Source: Eledone cirrhosa
Lineage: Eukaryota
Length of the DNA: 64,000 nucleotides
Assembly (NCBI GenBank): GCA_964016885.1
Contig: OZ024741.1
Location: 372,372,001 to 372,436,000 of the forward strand
Direction of reading: 5' to 3'
Position numbers and translations under genes: made by a program. Below the pieces are notes generated by a model that was not told the origin of the DNA, did no database searches, and was given only the letters and a program-made list of their open reading frames with translations. Positions 15,293 through 27,271 of the stretch are shown piece after piece (the stretch's first letter is position 1; the number at the start of each line of letters is the position of its first letter).

Positions 15293-15722
15293 GAGCGTAT
15301 GTATGTACGTATGTCTCCGTGTGTATGTGTTGAGCGTATGTATGTACGTATGTCTCCGTGTGTATGTGTTGAGCGTATGTATGTACGTATGTCTCCGTGT
15401 GTTTGTATGTGAGCGTATGTATGTACGTATGTCTCCGTGTGTATGTGTTGAGCGTATGTATGTACGTATGTCTCCGTGTGTATGTGTTGAGCGTATGTAT
15501 GTACGTATGTCTCCGTGTGTTTGTATGTGAGCGTATGTATGTACGTATGTCTCCGTGTGTATGTGTTGAGCGTATGTATGTACGTATGTCTCCGTGTGTA
15601 TGTGTTGAGCGTATGTATGTACGTATGTCTCCGTGTGTATGTGTTGAGCGTATGTATGTACGTATGTCTCCGTGTGTATGTGTTGAGCGTATGTATGTAC
15701 GTATGTCTCCGTGTGTATGTGT
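15293..15722. repeat. 39/40-bp minisatellite, about 11 copies
   Basis: Unit gagcgtatgtatgtacgtatgtctccgtgtgtatgtgtt; the first six units follow a 39,39,40 pattern. Confidence 0.95.
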
Positions 15723-15782
15723 ATGCATCTGTGTGCGTCTATGTGTATGTATCAGTGCATATGTATGTATGTAAGTATGCGA

Positions 15783-15822
<40 letters not shown>

Positions 15823-16593
15823 GTGGGTATGTATGTGTGTATGTATGTGCTTATGTACATATGCATGTATATATGCACATATATATGTATCTATATAGTT
15901 GTGTTCATGTATGTATGTGTATATGAATGTATGTATTTATGTATGTATGTATATATGCATGTATGTCTGCGTGTATCTCTGTATGTATGCATGTCTGCAT
16001 GTATATATGTATACATGTATCTATATATGTATGTATGGTGCTTATCCTTTTTTTATATATGTATATATGTATGTATGTGTGTATATATGTATATATGTAT
16101 ATAAGTATGTATGTATATATGTATGCATGCATGCATATATGTATGTATGCATGCATGTATGTATGTATGCATGCATACATGTATGTATTATGTATGTACG
16201 TATGCATGCATGCATGCTTGTATGTATGTATATATGTATTTATGTGTGTATATATCTATGTATGTATGTATGTATGTATGTATGTATGCATGCATGTATG
16301 TATGTATGTATGTATGTATGTATGAATGCGTATGTATGTATGTATGTGCATGTATGTGTGTATGTATGTATACATGTGTGTGTATTCCCATAAAGAATAT
16401 CAATGTTACCGTTAGGAAGTTATAATCGGTTTTATAGCAGCCGATGTTGTTTAACGTGTGTAAAGCTACCGAAATGCAGAGAAAAGACAATAAGTCGCTT
16501 TATTAATTATAATTAGTGTTGAACTCGCTGGAGCACAATAGAACTACGACACATCTAACAACGAATGGTGTAGAAGTAGGAGATAGATAGATA

Positions 16594-16641
<48 letters not shown>

Positions 16642-16644
16642 TAG

Positions 16645-17333
16645 ATTTCTTTATTAGCAACAAGAAAGGGGACAATACAAAGACATGCCGGGGATTTTAC
16701 ATACAGTCATGTAAAAAATATAAAAACAAACAATTTCAGCAATCGAAATCCCCAATAGGGGGGAGGCGCCACAAATGGGTTGTTTAATACCCCGTCGATA
16801 GAACAACCCTCAACTCGAGGAGCGTGTTGTGCAAGTGCTCCTTTCTTCCTTTTGCTCTCTTCCTCAACCTACAGGCTTATAAACAGAGAAGGCCCAATCA
16901 CTCGGGCCATTTTCGCTTCATTCACCCACCTTTCAGTAAATTTACTGGGGTGCAGTGCCTCTCTCTCCACCCTGATTCTCCTTCTAAAGTGATACTTAAA
17001 GAAGGGAATGAGTTGTTGTCCGGAGAGAAAGGCATCTGTCCTCAGTCCTCTCAACCTCGTCCACCATATAACTTCTTTCACCATAGCCACCGTACAGAGG
17101 AAAACCGCCTCTCTTTCGTTTTTGAAAGAGTCTGGCAGTTTGATCCTTACTATGGACTCGGCAGTCAACTATATTTGTCCCATACGCGACAGCAGTTGTT
17201 CTGCATAGTTCCACAAGTCGCTTACGCCCGGGCAGTGTACAATTGCGTGCAGAACTGTTTCAATGTCCTGCGCACATCTTGGACACGTCCTCTTGGAAGG
17301 ATCCCTGCGAGGGCGTCCGTGTTTGTAGATCTT
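16645..17333 (-). mobile_element. 5'-truncated Tx1-clade LINE, subfamily A (decayed)
   Basis: ORF 16869-17168 (AVFLCTVAMVKEVIWWTRLRGLR) is homologous to the C-terminus of ORF2 at 20329-23757. Flanked by (GATA)n. Confidence 0.9.
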
Positions 17334-17363
<30 letters not shown>

Positions 17364-17364
<1 letters not shown>

Positions 17365-18651
17365 TGTTTCTTTTATTTGCCACTAGGGCATCAAAAGTGG
17401 GACAAGTACAAAGGGGGGAGTTTACACAAAAAGGCGTCCTCAATAAGGAGGAGGCAATAACAAAATATAAAAATAAAATAAGATATAACAAAAAATAAAA
17501 TTTATAACAAAATCCTCAATAGAGAGGAGGCGCCTTGGGGGGTCGCACACAGCCCCGAAAAAAGTGTGCAACCCTTCTCCTCAGGAGCACAGAGAAGGGG
17601 TGCTCCCTTGGTCTTTCATCTTCCTCACCTATAGTCTGATGTAGAGTGAAGGCTCATTCACACGGGCCATTCTCGCCACTTTCACCCACCATTCATAGAA
17701 ACGGCTGGGGTGCAGCACCTCTCTCTCCATCCTGATCCTTCTTCCGAAATGATATCGGAAGAAACGGACCAGTTGTTGGCCAGAGAGAAAGGTGCCTGAC
17801 CTCAGTCCTTTCAGACGCGTCCACCATACAACCTCTTTCGCCATGGCTATTACGCACAGAAACACCGCCTCTGCTTCATCTTTGAAGGGGGGAGGCGGCT
17901 TGATCATTACAATAGACTCGGTGGTCAACCGGATCGGTCCCACCCTTGACAGCAGTTGTTCGACATAGCCCCACAGATCGGCTACGCCCGAGCAGTGTAC
18001 CAATGCGTGTGCAACGGTTTCCTCGTCGCACACGCATCTGGGACAGATCTTTTTGGCGGGGTCCCTACCCGGGCGCCCGTGTCTGTAGAGCCTTTCTCGA
18101 ACGGGTAAAGCCCCTCGGTAGCACTGCCAGGCCAGGGACTTCTGGAAGTTGTCCATAGGTCCCGGGCTGAATGTCCTACCGAACAGGCTGGCCAGTTCGT
18201 CCTCCTCCATGTCTAGGGCTTCTCCGAGGGCGTCGTCGCACCTGCTGCGTACCAGCCCTCTATAGAATGTTGCGGTGGAGTCTCCACTGATAACCGGATC
18301 CGCCTGCCAGAGGGCGGTGAGCGCCTGGGCACACTCAGTGTGCCAGGCGCCCAGTTTTCTCGGTCTTTGCTTGACCCAGGATTGCAGCTCGGTGAGTGAG
18401 ACGAGTCTGGGAAAGGTTCGTCTCACAAACGAGGCCCACACCGGTTGTCCGGTGAGGAATACGTAGAGGTGCCGTAGCCTTAATGCGTGTTTACGCATCA
18501 TTAGCCACGGCATCCCCAGCCCTCCTTTCGAAGGGTGTTGACAGCAGATGGATCTCCTCACCATAGGAGCCCGCCTCTTCCAAAGGAATTGGAAGAGCGC
18601 GCGCTCCATCTTGGTGAGGGTTTCCCTTGGGCAGGGCACTACGGTCAGGCG

Positions 18652-18652
<1 letters not shown>
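17364..18652 (-). mobile_element. 5'-truncated Tx1-clade LINE, subfamily B
   Basis: Open C-terminal ORF2 fragment RLTVVPCP...CPRCVCDEETVAHALVHC; (GATA)n on both sides. Confidence 0.95.
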
Positions 18653-18704
<52 letters not shown>

Positions 18705-18724
18705 TGATAGATAGATAGATAGAT

Positions 18725-20066
18725 ATGTTTCTTTTATTTGCCACAAGGGCATCAAAAGTGGGACAAGTACAATGGGGGGAGTTTACAAAACAAGGCGTCC
18801 TCAATAGGGAGGAGGCAATAACAATATATAAAAATAAAATAAAATATAACAAAAAATAGAATTATAACAAAATCCTCAATAGAGGATTTTGTTATAAAAT
18901 ATAACAAAAAATAAAATTTATAACAAAATCCTCAATAGAGAGGAGGCGCCTTGGGGGTCGCACACACCCCCGAAAAAAGTGTGCAACCCTTTTCCTCAGG
19001 AGCACAGAGAGGGGGTGCTCCCTCGTTCCTTCCTCTTTTCCACCTACAGGCTTATGTAAAGAGAAGGCCCATTCACACGGGCCATTCTCGCCACTTTCAC
19101 CCACCTTTCATAAAAACGACTGGGGTGCAGCACCTCTCTCTCCATCCTGATCCTTCTTCCGAAATGATATCGGAAGAAACGGACCAGTTGTTGGCCAGAG
19201 AGAAAGGTGCCTGACCTCAGTCCTTTCAGACGCGTCCACCATACAACCTCTTTCGCCATGGCTATTACGCACAGAAACACCGCCTCTGCTTCATCTTTGA
19301 AGGGGGGAGGCGGCTTGATCATTACAATAGACTCGGTGGTCAACCGGATCGGTCCCACCCTTGACAGCAGTTGTTCGACATAGCCCCACAGATCGGCTAC
19401 GCCCGAGCAGTGTACCAATGCGTGTGCAACGGTTTCCTCGTCGCACACGCATCTGGGACAGATCTTTTTGGCGGGGTCCCTACACGGGCGCCTGTGTCTG
19501 TAGAGCCTTTCTCGAACGGGTAAAGCTCCTCGGTAGCACTGACAGGCCAGGGACTTCTGGAAGTTGTCCATAGGTCCCGGGCTGAATGTCCTACCGAACA
19601 GGCTGGCCAGTTCGTCCTCCTCCATGTCTAGGGCTTCTCCGAGGGCGTCGTCGCACCTGCTGCGTACCAGCCCTCTATAGAATGTTGCGGTGGAGTCTCC
19701 ACTGATAACCGGATCCGCCTGCCAGAGGGCGGTGAGCGCCTGGGCACACTCAGTGTGCCAGGCGCCCAGTTTTCTCGGTCTTTGCTTGACCCAGGATTGC
19801 AGCTCGGTGAGTGAGACGAGTCTGGGAAAGGTTCGTCTCACAAACGAGGCCCACACCGGTTGTCCGGTGAGGAATACGTAGAGGTGCCGTAGCCTTAATG
19901 CGTGTTTACGCATCATTAGCCACGGCATCCCCAGCCCTCCTTTCGAAGGGTGTTGACAGCAGATGGATCTCCTCACCATAGGAGCCCGCCTCTTCCAAAG
20001 GAATTGGAAGAGCGCGCGCTCCATCTTGGTGAGGGTTTCCCTTGGGCAGGGCACTACGGTCAGGCG

Positions 20067-20067
<1 letters not shown>
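18725..20067 (-). mobile_element. 5'-truncated Tx1-clade LINE, subfamily B (hairpin-duplication variant)
   Basis: ORF 19044-20054; same truncation point as the copy at 17364-18652. Confidence 0.95.
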
Positions 20068-20097
<30 letters not shown>

Positions 20098-20328
20098 ATT
20101 TCTATTTATTTGCCACGAGGGCACAAAAGAAGGGGACATTTACACAGTGGGGGAGTTTACATAAATCGAGTAAAGAAAAAAGGAATAACAATAATAATAT
20201 AACAATAAAAAGTCCTCAAAAGGGAGGGGGCGTGTTGGGGATTGCACATACCCCCGAAAAGTGTGCAACTCTTTTCGCGGGGGAAGCCCAGAGAGGAGGC
20301 GCTCCCCCTCTCCTCTTCACTTCTTCAC

Positions 20329-23300
20329 CTACAGAACAATGTAGAGAGAAGGCCCATTTACACGGGCCATTCTCGCTTCTTTCACCCACCTTTCATAAAA
20401 CTGTCTGGGACCAAGCACTTCTCTCTCCATCCTGATTCTTCTTCCGAAGTGGTATCGGAAGAAGTAAACCAGGTGATGGCCGGAGAGAAAGTCACCCGAC
20501 CTCAGACCTTTCAGGCGCGTCCACCACACAACCTCTTTCATCATGGCTATTACGCACAGAAAGACCGCCTCTGCTTCATTTCTGAAGGGAGGAGGCGGCT
20601 TGATGTTCACCACAGACTCGGCGGTTAATCGAATCGGCGCCACACGCGACAGCAGTCGTTCGACGTAGCCCCACAGATCGGCAACGCCCGGGCAGTGTAC
20701 CAGTGCATGCGCAACGGTTTCCTCGTCGCGCACGCATCTGGGACAGATCTTTTTCGCGGGATCCCTGCCCGGGCGCCCGTGTCTGTAGAGCTTTTCTCGA
20801 ACGGGCAGAGCCCCCCGGTAACACTGCCAGGCTAGGGACCTCTGGAAGTTGTCCATGGGTCCCGGGCCGAAAGTTCTACCGAACAGGCTGGCCAGTTCGT
20901 CCTCCTCCATGCCTAGCGACTCTCCAAGGGTGTCGTCGCCCCTGCTAGCCACCAACCCTCTATAGAATGTTGAGGTGGATTCTCCACTGACAGTCGGGTC
21001 CGCTTGCCAGATAGCCGTGAGCGCCTGGGCACACTCAGTGTGCCAGTTGCCCAGTTTTCTCGGTCTTTGCTTCACCCAGGATTGCAGTTCGGTGAGCGAG
21101 ACGAGCTGTGGGAAGGCTCGCCTCACAAACGGGGCCCACACCGGCTGACCGTTGAGGAATACCTGTAGATGCCGTAGCCTCAATGCGTGCCTACGCATCA
21201 ACAGCCACGGCATACCCAGCCCTCCTTTCGAAGGGTGCTGGCAGCAGATGGATCTCCTCACCATGGGAGGCCGCTTCTTCCAGAGGAACTGGAAGAGCAT
21301 GCGTTCCATGATGGTGAGCTTTTCCTTGGGGCAAGGCACGACGGTCAGGCGGTAGTAGATGACGGACGCTATGTAAGCGTTCGTCACCTCCGCCCGACCT
21401 TTCAGTGATAGTTTGCACTTGGCCCACTTCTGGGTCAGCGCAAACACCCTGCTCGTCACCTCGCCCCAATTCTTCTCCACCTGGAGGTCCGGTCCGAACC
21501 AGACCCCGAGCAGCTTCACCGGGCCCTCCGTCCACCGCCCGACGACACCGTCTAACGGCATCGGTTTGCCCCTCCACGTTCCGAGTTGCAAACCGACTGA
21601 CTTGTCCTGGTTCAGCTTAGCCCCCGTCAGCCTTTCGTATTCCTCCAGTAGGGTGGCGATCGCCCCGATTTCCGAGGCGTCCGCCACCATTACTGTTACG
21701 TCGTCGGCATAGGCCGAGACCGCTTTGTGCAATCCCGGTTCCAGGGGTATGCCCCGCAGCAACTCCAACTTCCGCAACAGTGGCTCGAGAGTCAATACGT
21801 ACAGAAGGGAGGAGAGGGGGCACCCCTGTCTGATGGATCGGGTGATTTGAAACGGCTCCGAGAGGTAGCCGTTTACTTTAATCCTAGAGTAGATGTTGCC
21901 ACTGTGCATGGCAGAAATCCAGCCCCTGAAAACGGGTCCGAAGCCCGCCGCCGCTAGCACCGCATCCAGGTAACCATGGTCGACCCTATCGAACGCCTTA
22001 GATTGATCCAAGTTGATCAGGGCCCCACCAAAGCCGGGTTCGTAGCCAACCCTCTCTATGATGTATCGCATGAGGTGGAGGTTGTCGTGAATGGACCTGG
22101 ACGGGATAGCGCATGTCTGCGCGTCTCCCACCAAACCACCCACCACAAGCGCCAACCTCTTCGCCAACACCTTGGCCAAAATCTGTAACTCTGCATTCAG
22201 CAGAGTTATGGGCCTAAAGTTACTTAAGTCGTCCCCCTTGCTCTCGTCCTTCCTCACTAGCGTGACCACGCCCTTGGTCACAGAACAGGGAATTCTCCCG
22301 TTCTGTTGCCAGTTGCAATAGACAGCCTCGAGGAGTTCGGAGAACAAGACCGGCATAGCTAAATAAAGTTCGTATGGTAGACCATCGAGACCCGGGGATT
22401 TGCGTCTGCTGCATTGGCTGAGCGCTTCCCCGATTTCAGTGGCTGTGATTGGCCTTTCGCAGCACTCCGCTTCGCCGCTCGAAAGACGCGGTAGACCGTC
22501 GAGGTATGGACCGAAGTCCACATCCCCGTCCGGCCCCCCGCCACCTCCGAACAGTCGAGCAAAGTGCCTTTGAAAGGTCTCGCACATTCGCTCAGGTTCA
22601 AGGATCACCCGTCCATCCTGGTCTCGCAAAGACCGAATGGTGGATTTAATCCCACTCTTGGCTTCTGTCACGCGGGCCCAGCTAACAGCTTTGGTCCCCT
22701 CGTTTCCTAAAGCACGTATTTTACTTCGGACAACGCAGCCTTCGTGCTTCGTGTCAAAGAACTGGCTCAATGCCGTTCTCGTCGCTAACACTCTGGCTAC
22801 GTCTCCGCTCCTAATCGCCTCTTCTAGTTTATCTGTTAACTCCCTTTCCCTCCTATTTCTATTCGCCGCTAGTTCCTTACTGTAACCTATCGAACTTACT
22901 CTAATCTCTCTCTTTAGAGATATCCACCACCTACTGTTGACGATCGCTCCCGTCAACCGCATCTTAACTAAGCTACTAATCCGGTTTCTGTAATCTTTCT
23001 TTGTCGGTAAGGACAAGTTCATCTTCCAGTAACCGGGACCCTGTCTATGCGTTCTATCAAGGTTGACCACGCAGGTCACTAATTTGTGATCTGAATAGCC
23101 AACCATGATCAGTTCTGGACAACTAAATACGTCCCTATCCTTACTCCTAACCAAAAACCTATCTAGGTACGATCTAGATTGTCCACTGCGGTTTGCCCAG
23201 GTCCAGGTTGGCGCAGTTGGACAATCTAGTCGAAATCTATCGACCAGGTCGAATCGATCGAGTAACCCCTTGAGGCTGCTACACCCCCCTCTATCGGGAC

Positions 23301-23757
23301 ATGCCCCTGCATAGTCCCAACGCGCATCTAGGATTCCATTCCAGTCCCCCACTAAAAGCAGGGAACGCGACGTTCCTAGAAAAGTCTCCAGACGTTGGAA
23401 GAAGTCGGCTCTCTCCGCCCCGAAGGGAGCATAAAGACCGACCAGTCTGAAAGCCCCGCCTTCACCACCTCCGACGTCCAGCACCAGTAATCGACCCCCC
23501 GGGTCCGAGTGAACAATCTGTACGTCGAGAGTTAGACGTTTATCCAGCAGTACGGCAACTCCCCCCCCGCCTCCGGGTTGACAGAGAGATGTGTGCATCT
23601 CAAAGTCATCGAAGGCGGGCGCCAGCTGTCTCACGCTGCTGATCCGACTCTCGCAAACAACCATCACATCTATACTTTGTGACCTGAGGTCACTTAGAAG
23701 CTTTGCTTGCTTCCAAGCTGAGCTCAGGCCACGCGCGTTCAAACAGCCAACTCTCAA
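20329..23757 (-). CDS. ORF2: APE endonuclease, reverse transcriptase, C-terminal CCHC zinc finger
   Basis: 1142 aa: CLNARG, GDWN, SYLDRFLV, SDH; KSPGLDG, NFRPITLLN, LDQSKAFDRV, RQGCPLS, YADD; CPRC-x8-H-x4-C. Start codon is TTG. Confidence 0.95.
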   Translation of the reverse strand: MRVGCLNARGLSSAWKQAKLLSDLRSQSIDVMVVCESRISSVRQLAPAFDDFEMHTSLCQPGGGGGVAVLLDKRLTLDVQIVHSDPGGRLLVLDVGGGEGGAFRLVGLYAPFGAERADFFQRLETFLGTSRSLLLVGDWNGILDARWDYAGACPDRGGCSSLKGLLDRFDLVDRFRLDCPTAPTWTWANRSGQSRSYLDRFLVRSKDRDVFSCPELIMVGYSDHKLVTCVVNLDRTHRQGPGYWKMNLSLPTKKDYRNRISSLVKMRLTGAIVNSRWWISLKREIRVSSIGYSKELAANRNRRERELTDKLEEAIRSGDVARVLATRTALSQFFDTKHEGCVVRSKIRALGNEGTKAVSWARVTEAKSGIKSTIRSLRDQDGRVILEPERMCETFQRHFARLFGGGGGPDGDVDFGPYLDGLPRLSSGEAECCERPITATEIGEALSQCSRRKSPGLDGLPYELYLAMPVLFSELLEAVYCNWQQNGRIPCSVTKGVVTLVRKDESKGDDLSNFRPITLLNAELQILAKVLAKRLALVVGGLVGDAQTCAIPSRSIHDNLHLMRYIIERVGYEPGFGGALINLDQSKAFDRVDHGYLDAVLAAAGFGPVFRGWISAMHSGNIYSRIKVNGYLSEPFQITRSIRQGCPLSSLLYVLTLEPLLRKLELLRGIPLEPGLHKAVSAYADDVTVMVADASEIGAIATLLEEYERLTGAKLNQDKSVGLQLGTWRGKPMPLDGVVGRWTEGPVKLLGVWFGPDLQVEKNWGEVTSRVFALTQKWAKCKLSLKGRAEVTNAYIASVIYYRLTVVPCPKEKLTIMERMLFQFLWKKRPPMVRRSICCQHPSKGGLGMPWLLMRRHALRLRHLQVFLNGQPVWAPFVRRAFPQLVSLTELQSWVKQRPRKLGNWHTECAQALTAIWQADPTVSGESTSTFYRGLVASRGDDTLGESLGMEEDELASLFGRTFGPGPMDNFQRSLAWQCYRGALPVREKLYRHGRPGRDPAKKICPRCVRDEETVAHALVHCPGVADLWGYVERLLSRVAPIRLTAESVVNIKPPPPFRNEAEAVFLCVIAMMKEVVWWTRLKGLRSGDFLSGHHLVYFFRYHFGRRIRMEREVLGPRQFYERWVKEARMARVNGPSLYIVL

Positions 23758-23762
23758 TTGAT

Positions 23763-25598
23763 CTATTTTGGTGTTGAAAGTGAAGAAGGAAAAGCACTTA
23801 CCTCTCCGGGTTGCGTAATTTCCATGGCATCAGGTGTGTTGGGTGGAGGGATGTTTTGTGGTGGTGTGGGGGTACACGTGTGTGGTGGGGTTGGGGTATT
23901 TGGAGTTGTGTCAGGGAGAGGGGCGGTTATGGGGAAATCTTTCAAGAGGACGCGATTCAACGGTTTTAAACAGGGGGGGCTCACGTCCCGTCTAAATTGT
24001 TCTTTTAAGGAACGATAAAGGTCCAGAGGGACCTTTATCATTTTTAAATGGGTGAAGTTCTCTGTTGAGATAAAGTTTGGCCCTTCGGTCTGCACCATAG
24101 GGTTATTGTTTATTAATTTAACCAGTTTTTTGTTTTCTTTATTTATATATGTGTATTGCAACGTCTTTTTTTGTGATGCTGTCAATGTTTCGGAGAGGGG
24201 AGGCGCAGATTTATTTTTGTTTGTTGAGGGTGGGGTGTTTTTGATTGGAGTTGGTGTTTGTGTGTGGGTTATTTGTGGTGTGCTGGGTGTGTGTTTTCTT
24301 TTTTTTCTTTTAACTTGTCTGAAGGCTTCTCCTCCTTCTTCTTCAGAAGTTGGGGGAAACTCTTCAGCGCTAGGTGGGAGGGACGTGTTGTGTGGTTGTT
24401 TTTTTTTTGCGGGAGGGGTAGATTTGTTACTGTTTTTTTTATTATTTGTTTGGAATGGGTTTTGTGGTGGTGGTGGTGGTAATGTTTGTGTCGTGCTTGT
24501 GGTTGGTAATGGTGGTGGTGATGTTTGTGTTGTGGTTGGTGGTGGTGATTTTTGTGTCGTGCTTGTGTTTGGTGCTGGTGGTGGTGATGTTTGTGTTGTG
24601 TTTGTGGTTGGTGGTGTCTGTATTTTGTTTGCTGTGTGTGGTATTAGTGTATTTTTGGAGGTGGGTGGTGCTGGTGTACTGTTTGTGGTGGGTGTGGGCA
24701 ATAGTCCTTTTTGGGGGATACGTTTCGGGCAGTTAGCCTTAACGTGTCCCCTTTCCATGCATAAATAGCATGCTGGTCTTCTCCCCTCTACAATTATGTC
24801 TATTGGGGTAAGGTCATCCAGCCAGATGCGATCCGGGATTTGTGCTATTCTTTCGGGCCTCATTTGGACTAGTATGTCGAGGCCCATTCCCAGGAACGCA
24901 TCTCCAGTTGCCTTCCCCATTGACAGCATAGTGTCTTCGCCCATATCAATGAAGCCAGCAATAGCCCACCAGAAGTCCATTGTGGGCAGCATTGTTTTTA
25001 CTTTTACCCTCTGTGTTCTTCTACCCATGTAGGAGGGATAGAAGCTATATGTTGTCGACGAGAGTGGGCTTAGGGAAAGCTGAACCGCCGTTTCTTTGTC
25101 TCTTGTTAGGACCGAAATGCTGCCATAGAGTCGGTCCTTTCGTATGAAGAGAATATTCTTCATATAGTCTTTTAGGACTAACTCTATTTCCATTTGGCTG
25201 GGCTGTGCTGGCTTTCTTGACTGGTTTAGTATAGTTCTGTATATAACTGTGTTTTCTTCTCTGGCTTTCTTGAATTCTGGGGGGGAGTTAATGGAAAACA
25301 TTCCGTTCTCTCCCAAAACAATATGTTTCTTTGCTTCGGCCAGTTTTTCTCTGGCGGCAGTTAGGTCAATTGGTGTGTATGTAATGGATTGCTTTGTTTT
25401 CTGGGCGAAAGTTGCCCTGTCGTTATTTGTATTATTTTCTGTTTGTTTGTTTTCTGTTTGCTCATTTTCCTTAACATTTGTTTTTTCATTTTGTTTGTTT
25501 GTTTCAATGTCTAATTTTGTTGTAATTATTTTTTGTTCTTCAGACTTGGGGGGCGTGGCAGAGCTAATGGCAGACATGTCTGCCATCTTTTCCGCCAT
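23763..25598 (-). CDS. ORF1: nucleic-acid-binding protein with one CCHC zinc knuckle and a Pro/Thr-rich tail
   Basis: CYLCMERGHVKANC, basic KRKKRK motif. First ATG at 25598 (the ORF track starts at TTG 25625). Directly upstream of ORF2. Confidence 0.9.
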   Translation of the reverse strand: MAEKMADMSAISSATPPKSEEQKIITTKLDIETNKQNEKTNVKENEQTENKQTENNTNNDRATFAQKTKQSITYTPIDLTAAREKLAEAKKHIVLGENGMFSINSPPEFKKAREENTVIYRTILNQSRKPAQPSQMEIELVLKDYMKNILFIRKDRLYGSISVLTRDKETAVQLSLSPLSSTTYSFYPSYMGRRTQRVKVKTMLPTMDFWWAIAGFIDMGEDTMLSMGKATGDAFLGMGLDILVQMRPERIAQIPDRIWLDDLTPIDIIVEGRRPACYLCMERGHVKANCPKRIPQKGLLPTPTTNSTPAPPTSKNTLIPHTANKIQTPPTTNTTQTSPPPAPNTSTTQKSPPPTTTQTSPPPLPTTSTTQTLPPPPPQNPFQTNNKKNSNKSTPPAKKKQPHNTSLPPSAEEFPPTSEEEGGEAFRQVKRKKRKHTPSTPQITHTQTPTPIKNTPPSTNKNKSAPPLSETLTASQKKTLQYTYINKENKKLVKLINNNPMVQTEGPNFISTENFTHLKMIKVPLDLYRSLKEQFRRDVSPPCLKPLNRVLLKDFPITAPLPDTTPNTPTPPHTCTPTPPQNIPPPNTPDAMEITQPGEVSAFPSSLSTPK

Positions 25599-25848
25599 GC
25601 TGCCAAGAAAGAAATTTTTCGGCAAAAATAGATATTTATTTTACCCCCTAAAAAGGGGGTAAATGCAAAAATGTTTCCCTAAATAACAGGGGTTAGTGTT
25701 CCAAATGTGTTGCACTAAAAATTTTATCCGGTACTTACAATAGTAAGGGTAAATCCCGATGGAATAGCGGAGCCGATGCGAAGCGTGTCTTACTCTATCA
25801 AGATAGATAGATAGATAGATAGATAGATTGATAGATAGATAGATAGAT

Positions 25849-27190
25849 ATGTTTCTTTTATTTGCCACAAGGGCATCAAAAGTGGGACAAGTACAATGGG
25901 GGGAGTTTACAAAACAAGGCGTCCTCAATAGGGAGGAGGCAATAACAATATATAAAAATAAAATAAAATATAACAAAAAATAGAATTATAACAAAATCCT
26001 CAATAGAGGATTTTGTTATAAAATATAACAAAAAATAAAATTTATAACAAAATCCTCAATAGAGAGGAGGCGCCTTGGGGGTCGCACACACCCCCGAAAA
26101 AAGTGTGCAACCCTTTTCCTCAGGAGCACAGAGAGGGGGTGCTCCCTCGTTCCTTCCTCTTTTCCACCTACAGGCTTATGTAAAGAGAAGGCCCATTCAC
26201 ACGGGCCATTCTCGCCACTTTCACCCACCTTTCATAAAAACGACTGGGGTGCAGCACCTCTCTCTCCATCCTGATCCTTCTTCCGAAATGATATCGGAAG
26301 AAACGGACCAGTTGTTGGCCAGAGAGAAAGGTGCCTGACCTCAGTCCTTTCAGACGCGTCCACCATACAACCTCTTTCGCCATGGCTATTACGCACAGAA
26401 ACACCGCCTCTGCTTCATCTTTGAAGGGGGGAGGCGGCTTGATCATTACAATAGACTCGGTGGTCAACCGGATCGGTCCCACCCTTGACAGCAGTTGTTC
26501 GACATAGCCCCACAGATCGGCTACGCCCGAGCAGTGTACCAATGCGTGTGCAACGGTTTCCTCGTCGCACACGCATCTGGGACAGATCTTTTTGGCGGGG
26601 TCCCTACACGGGCGCCTGTGTCTGTAGAGCCTTTCTCGAACGGGTAAAGCTCCTCGGTAGCACTGACAGGCCAGGGACTTCTGGAAGTTGTCCATAGGTC
26701 CCGGGCTGAATGTCCTACCGAACAGGCTGGCCAGTTCGTCCTCCTCCATGTCTAGGGCTTCTCCGAGGGCGTCGTCGCACCTGCTGCGTACCAGCCCTCT
26801 ATAGAATGTTGCGGTGGAGTCTCCACTGATAACCGGATCCGCCTGCCAGAGGGCGGTGAGCGCCTGGGCACACTCAGTGTGCCAGGCGCCCAGTTTTCTC
26901 GGTCTTTGCTTGACCCAGGATTGCAGCTCGGTGAGTGAGACGAGTCTGGGAAAGGTTCGTCTCACAAACGAGGCCCACACCGGTTGTCCGGTGAGGAATA
27001 CGTAGAGGTGCCGTAGCCTTAATGCGTGTTTACGCATCATTAGCCACGGCATCCCCAGCCCTCCTTTCGAAGGGTGTTGACAGCAGATGGATCTCCTCAC
27101 CATAGGAGCCCGCCTCTTCCAAAGGAATTGGAAGAGCGCGCGCTCCATCTTGGTGAGGGTTTCCCTTGGGCAGGGCACTACGGTCAGGCG

Positions 27191-27271
<81 letters not shown>

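Larger units (their letters stand above)
20097..25800 (-). mobile_element. Full-length Tx1-clade non-LTR retrotransposon inserted in (GATA)n
   Basis: 5' UTR, ORF1, ORF2 and 3' UTR with AATAAA immediately followed by (ATCT)n; both ORFs are uninterrupted. Confidence 0.95.

Noticed and set aside
15293-15722. Regular 39-bp repeats as a CRISPR array
   Set aside because: No unique spacers, no cas genes, eukaryotic context; the same applies to 59150-61570.
23763-23801. gag|GTAAGT...pyrimidine tract...TAG as an intron fusing ORF1 to ORF2
   Set aside because: Only 39 nt, and splicing to that or nearby AGs does not enter the ORF2 frame.
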